Below, in pieces: positions 1-14,909 of a DNA stretch of 64,000 nt. Position 1 is the stretch's first letter, and each line of letters opens with the position of its first letter. Position numbers and translations under genes: made by a program. The notes beneath the pieces were generated by a model. The model saw only the letters and a program-made list of their open reading frames with translations. It searched no databases and was not told where the DNA came from. The DNA comes from Octopus sinensis (taxonomy: Eukaryota), in contig NC_043003.1 of assembly GCF_006345805.1 (NCBI RefSeq), positions 108,934,001 through 108,998,000 of the forward strand, in the 5' to 3' direction.

Positions 1-846
1 TAGAATTCTCTCCCCACCTCCACCCCCTTTTGTTGTTTTACTACAAAATTATTAAACCAAACCAGCATTTTATAAATTGATTTTAACTACTCTCAAAAAG
101 TCTTCAATTCCAAATTGAATTGCTTTCATTTTTTTTTTAACGTATTCTTTAACTATAAACACTTGTAGAACATTTTTTAAATGTTTCACATGATTTGAAA
201 ATGCGTAAAGTGTTTATTGGGAAAAGGAAAAAAAAATTTGGAAGCAACATTAAAGTCTTGGTTTAAAAAAAAAATGTAAATTGAAAGCTACAAGGTAACT
301 TTTTATGAACCCAAATAATTAAAAGGTTTTATTTTATTATTTTTCGAGATTGAGGTGGGGAAGGGGTGACTAAATTATCAATTGCTGAATCTAAAAATAT
401 TAATATTCACCAATTAGCAATTTGTATTTTAAACACAGGTTATGTTGGTACTGAAACTTAAAGCTGTTCTACTGCAGGTAATGATTGAGTGGGTAAGAAG
501 TTCACTTCACAACCATGTGATGTCAGGTTCAATCCTACTGCACATCACTTTTGGCAAATGCCTTCTACTACAGCGCTCAGCTGATCAATTCCTCGAGAAT
601 GACTTTTGAAGAAAGAAACTGTAGATGAGGTTGCATGTGTGTGACCACTGTTTGACAAACAACGATGGTTTGTTTGGGTCTCTCCTAAATGAGAAGTTTG
701 GTAAAAAGGGACCAAAAGAATAAGTACCAGCTTTGCTAAAAACAAATAAATAAGTAGGGTTGATGTGATTGGCTAAACCTTTCAAAGTAGGGCCCCTTTC
801 CTAGCATAGATGCATACTAAAACAAGAAAAAAGAAATATATAATAT

Positions 847-1185
847 GTGGCTGTGTTGAAAGCTTGCTTCTCAACCACATGGTTCCAGGTTCAGTCCCAG
901 TGCATGGCACCTTGGGCTGACCAAAGCCTTGCGAGTGGATCTGGTAGACAGAAACTGAAAGAAGCCCGTCGTATATATATGTATATATTTATGTGTGTGA
1001 GTCTGTATGTGTGTCCCCCACCATCGCTTGACAACCAATGTTGGTATGTTTACATCACCGTAACTTAGCAGTTCGGTAAAAGAGACTGATAGAATAAGTA
1101 CTAGTCTTACAAAGAATTAGTCCTGGGGTCGATTTGTTTGACTAAAGGCTGCAGTCAAATGACTGAAACAAATAAAAGAATTTAT
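847..1185 (+). mobile_element. tRNA-headed SINE, family A (decayed copy)
   Basis: Head TGGCTGTG...GGTTCAGTCCC (A/B-box-like), internal (TA/TG)n, tail GTCAAATGACTGAAAC. Same layout as >20 other copies in the window. Confidence 0.85.
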
Positions 1186-3661
1186 AAAGAAGAATAAGAA
1201 TTAAAGGAAAAAGAAGCTTACTCCATTAATTTTTCTATATAAGCACTAAAACAGACACTGTAAGGAGATAAATAAGAACAGCTGTGAAAACCTTAAGGAT
1301 TAAATATCAAAAAGGAAAGGAGAACCTCAAAGACCAGTGCAAATCCATTTACCAACATCACAATATTTGACAACTTATTTACAAATAAGGTCTAGAATTC
1401 CCATTTCCTCTAAGCCTGCAAGAGAATAACTAAAGTAAATTAGATAAATAAAGATAGTGATCCTTCACGTGCATTGTATAAGTATATACCAGCCACCTGC
1501 TTCAAATTGAATAAATGCAAACTAACAAATTGTAAATATATCCTTTCATTACCAGATTCTGTTGAGACATTCTGCCTTTGCTTCAATGGATTTCGAAAAT
1601 AATAAAGAATTTAGTAAAATATTCTTTTTGCTATTAAGCTGGTGTTTTTTAGAACATAAATTAACAAAGAATTTTGATTGAAAATTTAAATTTGAATCAC
1701 TCTAAAACAGTAAGTCGTAAAACCAGACATTCTAAGGCAGGTGGGTATGGAAAGGGATAAAAGGGGCAAAGAAGCAGGAGGACTTTGTGCTTCTCTGGGA
1801 TCCAGTGGACCTTTTGAATGTACACAAACCCACATCACTGGGTAGATAGAGCAATACGGTCTACCAGCAATCTAAATAAAAGTTTAATGGGCTTTAGACA
1901 CTGATTACTAGAATGCAAATATTGGGGGGGGGGTTGTTCACTACATTATGTCAGCCTCAGCTAAATGCAAAGATCCTAATGTCAGCAAATTATTTGGAGG
2001 GACAAGAAAGAACCAGATGCAGACAGTTAAAAATATGCATAGATTTCTTTTCCCTCCAAACATATTACTCATAAAATGTACAACACTCACGCAAGAGAAT
2101 ATCACTATTTACTGAAGATAAGCAACTTTAACCCAACTCGGAAAAGGGTTAATGTAAAAAATAAAACAAAAAGTGAAGAGAGTTTACACAACATAAATAT
2201 ATTAAAAGTAACTGCGAAGCCAGTTGAACAAGTTGGCCAGGAGAGGAAATAAATTGGTGTCCCAGAAACAGTAGCTGACACTTAAGGTTAATTTAAAATA
2301 AACAAAACAGACTATTTTATTTCTGTACAGTCGAGATAAATGTAAACGACCCTTCTCTTGTAGAAACGAGATTATATATATGTATATATATATATATATA
2401 TAGCAGACACGTACATCTGCAAAATACAGATAATGTATATTCAAACTAGAGAAAGTGTGCAAGCACCCAAACACACACAGGTAAGCACACATATACAAAA
2501 ACTGAGATAATCACAAACACATATAAACGCAATATCACACATACACACATCATATCTGTTATATAATAACAATTATCAATGTTGCCGTTACGCGTTTATT
2601 AACTTCATTCAAAGACGTAAAAGTTTACGTGTCTGAGATAATTTTCCAAGCTACTAACAGCATCTTTAGAGTGACTGAGGACTTAACTCAACTCAACTCT
2701 TTAGTATGTTTCAAAGAATTTTAATGTGTTAAGGGATAAGATTGATCTTAACTGTTATTCTAGAAAACAAATGTTTCTGTTTCGAATCCAGTTCGACCAT
2801 TTACACATCAACATGGAATTCAAACAGATGGAAATGTAGTGAAGATCTAAGATTTGGTAAATATGAAATGAACAATCCTGGAAGTTTATCTTATTCTTCC
2901 TCAAGTAATTTATTCACCATTTCGTTAGGTTTGAGGAAACGAGACGGCAAAGATGGGAGCATCTATGCAATCGCTTGACTTGCTGAGAATAGCAAACAGA
3001 TCTCAAAAGAAAATAAAAACTATAGAAAGACAAGTTAAAGGAGTTTAGTCTTATCACCAATCTGTAGAAAACAAGGCGAGATGGTCATAGTTGGAATTCT
3101 TTTGATCATAGTTTTCTTGGTGGTTTGCTTGAGGCTAAGCAACAAGAACGGAAGAATAGAAACCAGATAAATGAAGACGTGTGTATGTGTGTTGTTTTCT
3201 TAGAGACAACTGAAAGAATGTGGTAGGAAGGTGGTGGTGGTAGATGAGCTTAGAACAAGACTGAAGGGCAGTTAGCTGTATTGAAAGAAATGTTGAGGTG
3301 TGAGATTGTGCATATTTGGAGAAGTGGAGAAGGGATGTCTGTAGTGGATTGGTGACTGAGCGACCTTGGTAAATTAGATGAGGAGTGCTGGTTGAAATTC
3401 CAACCAAATTATACGTGTACATGACGAATTAGTGAACAGAAACAGAGAAAGTGAAAAATAGGACGGAAAAAGATAACCAGACGGTTTTGTGTCCAAAATA
3501 AACATACGATAGCGTCTTTGTAGGCAGTCTGCTTCCTTTGAATTATTGTCCACCCTTCCATATAAAATACAGCTGAGATTTTAAAAAGTAATGATTATAA
3601 AAAACAAGAAAAAAAGTAACCACTTGTTTACAAAGCTTTCATATGAAATAAACAGAATTAG

Positions 3662-3702
<41 letters not shown>

Positions 3703-4469
3703 TACACTTTTTGTTTTAATACGTAGCTCATTGGCATGGACATGACTGTAGTCAAAAAGCTTGCTTTGCTTCCCAACCATGTGGTCTCGGGCCGAGTCCC
3801 ACTGCGTGGCACAAAGCAACTTTTATTATAGTCCTGGGCCGATCAAAACTTTATATGAAAATTGAAAGAAGCCGGCCGTGTACATGCGAGTATGTTTGTG
3901 TTACTTTGTCTTGGACACCATGTCACGATTTATACGTATCACCATCATACAAGCAAAGAAAAACGTGTTTGGCCATAGGGAAATATTTATTACTTTGCTG
4001 AGAAACAGGTGAGGGTTGGCAACAAGACGGGCATCTGACCAAAGAAAATCTGCCTTAACAAATTCCTGATGTTAAAATGATGATGTGACATCACAACCGA
4101 TATTTAATTGTTGTGAAAAACTGAGGAATTAGACTGGAGTAAGTAAAACTGCTAGAATAAATAATTTCAAATTCCTTCATATGAGATTAATTCTTTAAAA
4201 AAAGAAAAAAGCAATTTTTGTAAGTGATGTCAAGTGTGGATTCTGCTGGAATTTTTGTCCATTTTCAAATTAACACCAAAAATAGCTGCTTTGCATCCAC
4301 GAAAATTAAACTCAATGAAGAGTCAAAATCTGAAGCATTAAACTTCTTCCTTATTTCGTTACGTGATTTTTAAGCAAATTTAAAATCTCAAACGCAGAAT
4401 ATCGTCCCCCAACTCCACCCCGCCCAGCTGAAGGGAACACATTGGCCAACATGGTCCAGCAAACCCTTT

Positions 4470-4820
4470 TAATGATAATAGTTTCAAACTTTGCAACAAG
4501 GACAGCCATTTTGGAGGAGGCGATGTATCGTTTACATCAACTGATAATTTATCGACCCTGAAAGGATGAAAGGCAAAAATCGACCTCAGCAGAATTTGAA
4601 CTCAGAACATAGCGACGGTCAAAATTCTGCTAAGCATTTCGTCCAGCACGCTAAATGCTAAGCGATATTTCGCCCGTCGCTACGTTCCCAGTTCAAATTC
4701 TGCCGACGTCGACTTTCAGGGTCAATAAATTAAGTACTAGTTGAACACTGGGGGGGTCAATGTAATCGACTCACCCCCTCCCATCAAATGGCTTCCCTTG
4801 TGGTAAAATTTGAAAACATT
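4470..4820. mobile_element. Head-to-head pair of SINE family B copies
   Basis: Minus copy (~4470-4652) abuts plus copy (~4653-4820). Shared body GTTCAAATTC..CCGAGGTCGACTTT..GGTCGATAAATTAAGTAC. Confidence 0.7.
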
Positions 4821-5297
4821 ATTATTAGTAGTCGTATTTCCAGTGTGAAAGGCCCAATTCTGAGAGTACACCTTAAAATGCCTCCCCATCTATATTGTTT
4901 ACACGAAGAAAACCCATTGTATCGTCCCGTTTTTGTCTTATGTTGTTGCATGTTCTTTAATGTTATTGTACGTGAGCCCTTGTGGCTAATAAATGAACTA
5001 TTATTATTAATTCCAGTGTGAAAGGACCAATTTTGAGCATACACTTGTGAAAAATAGGGTTCTTGCCCTGTTGATTAGGCACCCGTGGCTTTTGTGAGTT
5101 TTTCCACGAGGACCTTAAAGTGCCTCCACACTATTGGAAGTTTTAATTTGTTTAATTTACTTGTTTTTTATTGTTTACACACCGTAAAACCCACTGTATC
5201 ATCTTGTTTTTGTCTTTTATACTGTTGCATGTCATTTAATGCTGTCTTATGTGAGCCCTGGTGGCTAATAAAAGAATGAATTATTGAAAGGGTATCA

Positions 5298-5706
5298 GGA
5301 TCTTTTCGGTTTGAACGGCAGTTTTTTCTAGCAGTATCATATGAAATTGTCACCCATAATTATAACCCTAGTATCGATCTATTGCATTTCAATCTGTTTT
5401 AGGATTAGGGTTAGGGGGAAGGGTATCTTTTTTTCTTCAGAAATGTAAATAAACCCAATCTGTTTCTTAAACGAGGGACATATCCATACGGCGCAGAATG
5501 TTTTTCTACCTCAATAGAGATCACTGATTGGTTGAAATTGCAGAAATTGAAGAAAAACAACAAATATCTTACAAACTATAGAATTTTCTCAATAAAGCCA
5601 AGAGAAAAAGATGTTTTATAAACACATTCTACCAGTATATGAAGTTTAAAATTTTTTAGTTACCTAGAAATTATGTTAAAAACTGCTGTTCAAACCGAAA
5701 AGATCC
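5298..5706 (+). mobile_element. Merlin-like MITE (GG termini, 8-bp TSD)
   Basis: TIR GGATCTTTTCGGTTTGAAC(G/A)GCAGTTTT at both ends; perfect TSD GGGTATCA (5290-5297 and 5707-5714). Superfamily inferred from GG ends plus 8-bp TSD. Confidence 0.85.
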
Positions 5707-6007
5707 GGGTATCACGTTAGCCAATGTGTTCTCTTCAGATGGGAGTGTGGGACGAAAATTCTTTAAACGGTTCGTAACTTTTCCTGATAAATATTCTCTC
5801 CAAACAGTGATTACGAGTTTCGTAAGTTGCATCTCATGGCGATTTTTTCTTTCTTTTTTTTTCTGGGATGGGGTAATACTATTCACTTTTTTAATAACTA
5901 CTTTATTTTCTTCGTAAATTTTGCGATCAAGACAACTTCCCAATAGTTGAAACACGCTACGTCACTACTTTTAGAAATCAATTGACAAAGATCCGGAGAT
6001 ATTGTAT

Positions 6008-6214
6008 TCACCTCAATAGACGTCATTGATTCGTTGAAATTGCCGAAATACAAGAAATTAAACAACAAATAGCTTACAAACTACAGAATTTTCTCAAGAA
6101 AGCCAAGAGAAAAATATGTTTATAAACACATTCTACCAGTATACGACGAAGTTTAAAAGTGTTTAGTTACGTGGAAATTATTTTTAAAATCTGCCGTTCA
6201 AACCGAAAAGATCC
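6008..6214 (+). mobile_element. Right half of the same Merlin-like MITE
   Basis: Matches the right half of the 5298 copy and ends ...GCCGTTCAAACCGAAAAGATCC. Confidence 0.8.
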
Positions 6215-9200
6215 AATAGTATTATTCATTCAGTATGTATGAATGTGTATCTTGCCATACAGGAAAGACCTCCTCCCGTCCGAAGTCTTGCCTGTATCTA
6301 TAACAAGAACGCAAACGTACATACAAATAACATTCTACTTAACAGAGAAAGCGATGTGGTGAGAGGAAAATCATTCAACCGACAAAGGAAGTAATTGACA
6401 AACTCTTAACTTATGCCATATCAGAATATTATAAAGTATTCACACTGCACCTGCAGAATTAGATCCTCACTCCCCCCAACACACACTTCTTGAATGTTAA
6501 TTCTCACGGCTTAACATTCGATGGATGATCATGAAATGAACGAAGATATTTCTAAAATAGAAATATGCCGTCCCCTCCACACACTTTCCAATCCTTCCAC
6601 ATGTCACCCATCCCAAGTAACCAACAATATGCTTTGAAAATGAAAAAGAGGAAATAAAACAATAGACAAAGAAGCTCGGTTATTAAATAAACAGTCTGCT
6701 GGAAATGAAACCAATGCAAATATATATTGAATAACACAAAGGCGTACAGTCATTAAATAAACAGCTTGCAGGGTGTGAGACAAGCATCTAATCATTATGT
6801 AAGACCCTGGCATCAACAAAGGAATTTTCGAGAAGAAAAAAAATTGGACCAAATAAATTTAGTCTGTGACAATAATGAAAGGACAAACATTATTTGTTTT
6901 GGGCACATCTGAAAGAAATAAGATTTGTTTCAGTACAAGTCTAAAAGATATTCAAAATAATTTTGTTTTGAGTCTACAGTTCTGAGATGAATTAATAGTA
7001 TTATAAGTTTAGGGTCCATTGACCTTATCTTCAGACTGTATAACAAATAGCATGAGTTACCAGTGCCTGGAGCAAGGCAAGAACTTGAAGGAGAAGCTGC
7101 TATTTTATCCCATTTTTTAAATTACTATTTTGTGTATAACTAATACTATTTTGGAACAATGGATCTCGAAGTACATAAAGCTATAAATGAAAGCATGTAA
7201 ATATTGGGTAAAAAAAAACTTTTGGATAGAATAAGTCGATGGCTACTCCTTAAGACATTAACATTTTTTCCCCTTTTAAAATTTTGTCCCACCCCGCTCT
7301 GCCACGAGACAGCAAATTTTTTAATATTTACGTTAATGTTTCGATCGTCCTGGCTCCCGAGTATGTTTGCACATGGATCAATAGCAAAGTGGATAATAAT
7401 AATAATGTTGACTGTCGCAATTCAGAAATAAAACGATCTCAGTTCGAGTCCAGGGCAGGATGCTGTATTCATCCAACAGTAAAGAAACACCCGATGGTGA
7501 TCAGAGAACATACTTGTCGAAAAGATGTTAAATTTCTAGATTATAAAACACTGCACAAAACCAATAAGAGAGACAATGTATCTATTTTCTTATACTAGAA
7601 CCAAAACATTGATTCTGTTCATATGCTTAATGACAGAGCAAGGAAAAGTGAAGTGGTGGCTTACAGTCTTTTCACAAGGACAAATATTGAAACAAAGGTA
7701 CATCAGTTAAGGTTGTTAAAACACTATATTATATTAATCGAGGAGAGGATAGTAGAAGGACAAGAGGTTGTGACGTGCATGTATTTTCCCAGTTGTATTG
7801 TTAATAAAAGATTCGTGAATCTCCTTCAAGAGAGACTCGAAAGACCTACACCGATGGAATTTTTCTAAACCACCACACAACCCGATCTACTCAAAATAGC
7901 GAAGCGGATAATATCGAAACGAAAGCAATAAGTTCGGTGATCAACATCATAAATTATTTTAGTGAACGTGGTGATGTTTATTTAACCAAAAGACAATTCT
8001 GCTTAAGCAAACCTATGATCAAAGATGTTCCGGCCGTGAACGTCCTGTCTTTCTCTTTTGAGACATATGGTGTGGTTTGGAGCAAATTTGGTTATTTATC
8101 CTTCAGTAAGTTGTATAGAGCAGGTAGAAAGCTCCCGAGTGTTAATTAGTAAAGTGGGTGACCACCGATGTTCGGCATCTTTATGACAACCATATAACTA
8201 TGTATTTACTATATAATATATATACATTACATATTCGTGGCCGGTTCTATACGCTTTCTCCCCTCAGTCCAGGGCTGCTGTATTCATATTGAATAGAATG
8301 AAGTACCTGGAAGAGCGACAGGAAATAATACATAGTCTTCCTGTCGACAAATAAGAAAACAGAGTGGAGTATTTCTATTCAATGCAGTTTTTTTTTTCCT
8401 TACCTGCATTCACCTGTTAATAACACGGGGCGGCGGGGAGACAATATATATTCAATGCAGTTTTACTTGAAATGTATTCACCTGTTACGTTACAAGTAAA
8501 CAGCTTCGGGGACTGGATCAAGACACCGTTTGATTCTGAAATTACAAAACTATTCCTTTTAGGTATCATAAAATATTTACACAAGTCCATCTCGTGTGTA
8601 TCGGTGATTAAAAACGAGGGGATGGTCACTGGAATCGTCGTCCCCCACTAGTAATGCTAGTGTTCGCTTCAACTACAAACAATGGAAGAAGACGAAGTTA
8701 ACTATGCAGAATCTGTAATATCAAATACTACAAATACATCGATATCAAAATGTATGCTACACTTGCAGGATTTCGTTCTCTTTTCACATAGAGATAAATT
8801 AAAGAAGATATATAATGCTTACAGGTTTTTTGAAACCATTTGAATTTCATTTATAAAACAGAGACGTGTGTGTGTTAATTTTAACCGTCACGGCCAAGTC
8901 CACACCTGAAGCACTTGGCCTCCGTCTATACCTGTGTGAGTTTCATATTTAAACATGAACATATAAGAAGAACACAACTAAACAAAATGAAGGAAGGAGC
9001 AAAGTTCTGTCCAAAGTAGACGTCATTCGAGGGGAATATCTGTATCGTTAACAATACAAGGTAATTACCTTTATACTAGCAGGAAACGAGTTCAGGTAGG
9101 TGTAAGACCGGTGTCGAAAGAGACTGAATTAAACTAATAAGAATGGTGTAAAGCATCCTAAGTATTTCCCTCTGTCATCGAGATGATATAAATACACTCC

Positions 9201-10079
9201 CAGACAATGAGAATAGAAACAAAAACAAGCAAAACACTCGCGTTATTAAATAAGTACACAGAGAAAAAAAATAATGAGAGAGTGACGGGGGGAGTTGAAA
9301 GCAAGAGATGGCTACAGGTGAAAGAAAGAAGAAAGCTGAAAGTTTTTCTTTTCTTTCTTTCTTAATTCAGCTTCCAGCATCATGCCCGCCTACCTCCATA
9401 CAGTCTCACCTACACATATCTACCGACCCACATATACGTATGTGTGCACGTTTTATATATATATTTATAGGGTTGGCAAAGGCATTCCTAAATTGTAGGC
9501 ATTCTTCAAATATAAATAGCTTAAACATGTGTTTTACGCGCATACGTGCTGATTATTTAAGGACTAATTTAAATCAGCTCCCGCGGCTAGTAGAATCCAC
9601 TGCCTAGTTACCATTTTCAAACTACTATAACCTTTCACTTCACTCAGCTAATCCCTCTGGAGCGGCAGGATCATTACAATATCCCATTATCCTGTGTCCT
9701 ACTTACATCAGCTTACAAATATGAAGCCTTAGGACCAATTCCGTTCAGAAATACAATTAACTGGTTTCTTATTTTAAACAAATCAAGGCTTAATTTTGTA
9801 TTGATTCAAAAGTATTACTCAAGTACTGACCGCGAAGGAGTCGAAAATGAAATATCGACAACTAGATGTGAACCCAGAATCCAGCAGAACCAAACTAAAT
9901 ATAATATTGCAATTGCTTAGTCCAACACACCCTGCTTTTCCCACCTTCTCACTTCAGGAATTCGTACGATGCTAACGAACGAACAGAAATCTATGTTTAA
10001 TGTATAAATATAATATCTTTCGGGGTCGATAAAATAAGTACCAGTTGAGTACTGTGGTCGATGTGCCAAAATCTGCAAC

Positions 10080-10118
<39 letters not shown>

Positions 10119-12181
10119 CGTGAGAAAGAGCACTATTAGACGTATATAATGTGTCAACTGGAGAATAATAATCTCTTTCGAGAAGGAAACTTCTGATAAC
10201 GGCGAAGTGATTAACAATGTAGCGAAAGGAAATATGTTCAGAGTTTCGTCAAGTGTTTTTAACAAACGGGTGAGACGAGAGAGAGAGAAAAAGGGATTGA
10301 CAGAACAAGGAGCCATGGCAAGTAACAGAAGAAAGAAAGGAAGGAAAAAACAGGCAGAGAGAGAGAGAGGTGGACGGACACCGAGTAAGAGTTAAACTGA
10401 GACACAAATAATCAGAGTAGCAACAGACGGACAAGAGAGGGATTAGAGGTGATAGACAGGTATGGCGAGGGAGGGAGAAGGAATGGTCGTAGTCCGGGGA
10501 GGAAGACAGGGGTAATAAAGCAGGGGATGGGGCGAGGATGAACAAATAGTTTAGTAGTTACAAACCAAATAAGTACATAGCGTTTATAGAATAGAGATGT
10601 TCGGATAAAGAAAGCAAGGAAAGACGGAATTTTTTAATTCTGTCCAGAGCCTATATAGGAAAGGGAAATGCGTTTTTCCCCGACAGCAAATCGCGACATA
10701 AATGAAATGGTACAACAGACTACAAGGAGGAATCGAAATCGAGTCGTGAAAATATGTAGTAACAGCAATAATAGTTGTAGTAGTCGTTGTTGTAGTGACT
10801 GTAGTAGTAGCAGTAGTAGTAGTAGTTGTGTGTGGAGGCAGTGGTGATTGAGGAATGTATAGATCCAACAAGGAGACGAAAGAGAGACAGGAAGGGAGAC
10901 AGGGACTGAAGGCAATAATTGGAACCAGGGACAGGGAGATTTAAAAGCTAAGGGGCACAGAAAGGAAAAAGGGATGGAAAGATAATCTGAAAATAAAAGA
11001 AAAAAATTGAGAGACGATAAAGGGAGCAGAATGGAAGAAGTATGAGGGTAAGGAATGTGAGAGGAGATCGGGGTTGGACGGACAGTGGTGTAATGTCGTG
11101 TGAAGCTATGTTGGAAAGGCTTCTTTGCAAAAGCTATTGAACTTTTTAAGTGGTTTAACTAAACAGGTTAGAAAGGAAGTTGGTTTAGAGTTTGAATTGT
11201 AATGTTTAAGAGCTACTTACTACTACACAGCCTAGCTGACCACAGGTCGGTAGTAACACCTTGCTTTTCTGCTTCTCAACACTAGTAAGAAATAACAAGT
11301 AACCTTCAAACTGTACGTAGCCAGTCTAATATAAATGACAAGCAACTGGATTTCGACAGAAATACAGAATATAAGACGTCTATAAAATTCAAGTACCTGC
11401 TATCTTATATAATACACATACAATAACCTCGACATAACCCATAAGCATGTCTTGATCAAGTTTTTTGCACAATAAATTATACTGTCTCACTCATTCGATC
11501 ACATACATACATATATATTGTGTGTGTGTGTGTGGTTGACATAAATGAAAGCAGACAGAGCGACTTGCATTTTTTAAATAGAAAGACAAGAGTTGTTTAC
11601 AAATTTCCTTGACAGCACAGAAACCAAAAAGTCAAACTTGTATTTATTAGTGGCTCCGCTCGATCGGTTGGCTTTATTACAAGGGAAATTCTTGAAATAG
11701 ATTCACAGAAAGAAAAATCCAATATGTAATTTCTCAACAAGCAGACAGCAGCAGCAAGCAATAATAAATCATAACGTTTGCAAAAAACCTCAAAATAGAT
11801 TTGCATTTACTGGAAGTTTCACTAAGTGACCATCTCGCAAGATATGTGCGTGTGTTTTAATTGAATAAATATCTTTTTCATGAATTGTTTGCAAATTCAT
11901 ATCTAATCAGACACAGACTAGCCGGCTTGCTTGTGTGAGAGTATATATATATATAAACATGAAATTATATATTTATACACAGATACATAGATATATATAT
12001 GTCTATATATATATATGTACACACGGTACTGTGCATGTGTGTGTAAACACAGACCTACATATATATATTATATACACACACATATGTACACATAGACCTA
12101 TATAGACACAGACCTACACACATATATGTACACATAGACCAATGTGTGTGTGTGTGTATATATATATATAGAGAGAGAGAG

Positions 12182-12233
<52 letters not shown>

Positions 12234-13495
12234 ATATATACATACACAGACCTATATATACGTGTATATAAATATATACAGACCTATATATACATACACC
12301 TACATACATATCTCCCTATATATGAATAAATATATCTATCTATCTATCCATACATATACCTATCTATATAGCTACATTATTATATCTATATACCTACATA
12401 CATATACACACACACGCCTACATTTATCTAATATATATATATACACACAAACAGAGTTTATATATATAAACTCATGTACGTATATGCATATATGTAATAC
12501 TTAAGTATATGTAAATGACTATCCAGGTAAACCTGGCTGGTGAATTATCTATTCCACACGCACCGACCGTGTGTGAGTAGGTTACATAGTAACTATGGTG
12601 CTCGAATAATTAGACATTTTTTACGATTATTTCTAACATATCTGACCCGATATACATACATATATATAACACATGGCAGTAAAAAAAAGATATCAAGTGT
12701 ATAATTTAGCCCTGGGCAATAAGAACCACCACTACCACCGTCATCATCATCATCATCATCAACACCACTATAAAAGGGGAAAGGGAAAGAAGAAAAAAAG
12801 AGACGAAAAGAGCGTAAAAACAATCTTAAACAATATTGTAAACGGCCAAAAGAAGAGCACTTACCCGAGAGTTTAGTAGTTCTATTCCTAACTCCAGTAC
12901 TAATTATGTTTGCCTATGTGTACGAGTGGATCATTTACTAGGTCTGGCTTTTACGACTGCCAACTTCTACGCTACTCTATTTCACTACCGTAGGAGTAAA
13001 GCCCAGCTGATCTAACAGCCAGCCGCACTCACCAACCAGTGCGCACGAGCAACAGAAACTTTTTTTTTTTTTTTTTATTTTACTCTCGCCCTTTTTTTTC
13101 TTCTCTTTCTTAATTTGTTCACCCCTCCACTCTTTTTTCTTGGATTTCGTTGGAGATCGCCCCTGCACCTCCCCACTTTATTAATTATTTCCGCTTTTCT
13201 CCCCCACCCCCACCTCTTTTCTTTCACGTACTATGTGTATATGTATGTATGTATATATATATATATATGTAAAATGATTTTCTTTGTGTGTGTATATATA
13301 TATATATATATATAGTGTATATATAAACATCACATTATATATGTGTATATGTGAATTTGCTTTATCCAATCAAGGTAGTGTGTTTTTGATGGATATTGGT
13401 TAAAATCAATATTAATCAAAGTAAAATAAATACAAACAAGGATCAATAAGAGAATAAATGAAGAAACAGACCTCCACACACACACACTTACTCTT

Positions 13496-13544
<49 letters not shown>

Positions 13545-14836
13545 TCATCATTTGTTGATGTGTGAGATGTGCCACTGAAGAATGTGTAACACAGTAAAGT
13601 TAGTTTTTGTTCATCTAAAGCTCGAGCGTTCGAATCCAGCTGGATCGATAAAATAAGTACCAGCAGTCTTCTAATGTCAATACAATATCGACAAAAGAAA
13701 ATCAATACATATGATTTATTTTGGCTCGCAAACGCTTGCTTTCATGAAATAAATACCCGTTTTATATAAATGGGGAGAAAATATATCCTTTGATAAAGTA
13801 GAAGGCAAAAAGGAAAACATGTATTACTGGTACTATTAGACACCAAGAAAATATAATGAAAATTCGAAATCAACGGGTATTTAACAATAAAAATACATTT
13901 ACAATAAGTAATCTAGAGATGCCATCTGCCTGAAAAACTCTCTTGGTTTTCTATGGAAACGTTACATACCATTTTATAACAAGTGCTGCGTGTTAACTCG
14001 AGGAAATAATACAAGAAACGGATTTTAAAATTCCAGCGAGACTTTATTCCTCTGTTAAATTCTACAGAAGACCAAAACACAGATCGCGAATTCTGTTGGT
14101 TGTAGAGTTCCATCGATCTTTAGGATATTTCACACTGGCTATCGTTGGTTTATAAGTGCTTCGCTATTTCAGCAGAAAAATATGACGCGTGCTCCAGGAA
14201 AAAACAAACGGAGTTTGCAACGTTATTTATAGACAAAAAGAAGCTCAGGGGATGTTTGAGGATGCATTACGGGTAACGCTACTGGATCCGTCGTACGCCG
14301 GGCAGTACTCGACCAACCAAAATACAAAACTCAACTAAATGTTCCAAACTCATATGATGGATCAAAAGAACGGCCAGTCATTAAGATTGGCCAGTGGAGC
14401 CTATTCATGGCTTGTTGAACATAGAAAGTCGAACAGAATTGAGTCTCGTATACGACGAGGAAAAGACAATATAATGATTCTCTAGATTAAAAGTTCATGA
14501 AATAAGGGAGACAACTTACGACAAGCTTCGATCTTATTGCATCTCCCCAGCAACGACTGGACTTCACGAAAACGAATACTTTTTTATCCTTCTAATCTGG
14601 CCATTTTTAGCCTCTGCAACTATTGAAAGGGATGCGCTTTATCCAAGTCAAAGTAGTCATGTGAACTATGACCTTATCAGTCTTATACTTGGGCATATTA
14701 CACACACGTACACACAAAAAATGTTTGCTTTTATATTGAGTTATGATAAAACAATTTTACTTTAAACTGAAGGATTACTCAATACATTTTGAAGCGTACA
14801 TATTCATCATCCGTTTACAAGAATAGTCTTGGAAGG

Positions 14837-14909
14837 GATTTCGAAGTTTCGGCCTGCTTATCGGACAGTCCGACGAAGAATAAGCAGGCCGAAACTTTGA
14901 AGTCACTGT
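14837..14909 (+). ncRNA. Degenerate hammerhead-like motif in a short fold-back
   Basis: ACAGT-CCGACGA-(14 nt)-GAAAC-TTTGAA-GTC-ACTGT: 5-bp stem I, U4C core change, no good stem II. 25-nt inverted arms at 14837-14861 and 14880-14904 (2 mismatches). Confidence 0.4.

Noticed and set aside
8400-8680. Two possible minus-strand exons (LKRTLALLVGDDDSSDHP.., SNGVLIQSPKLF..)
   Set aside because: Would need a 45-nt intron and no protein is recognised.
13900-14700. CG-rich unique-looking segment, tested as exon or transposase
   Set aside because: All frames are interrupted by stops and show no recognisable motif.
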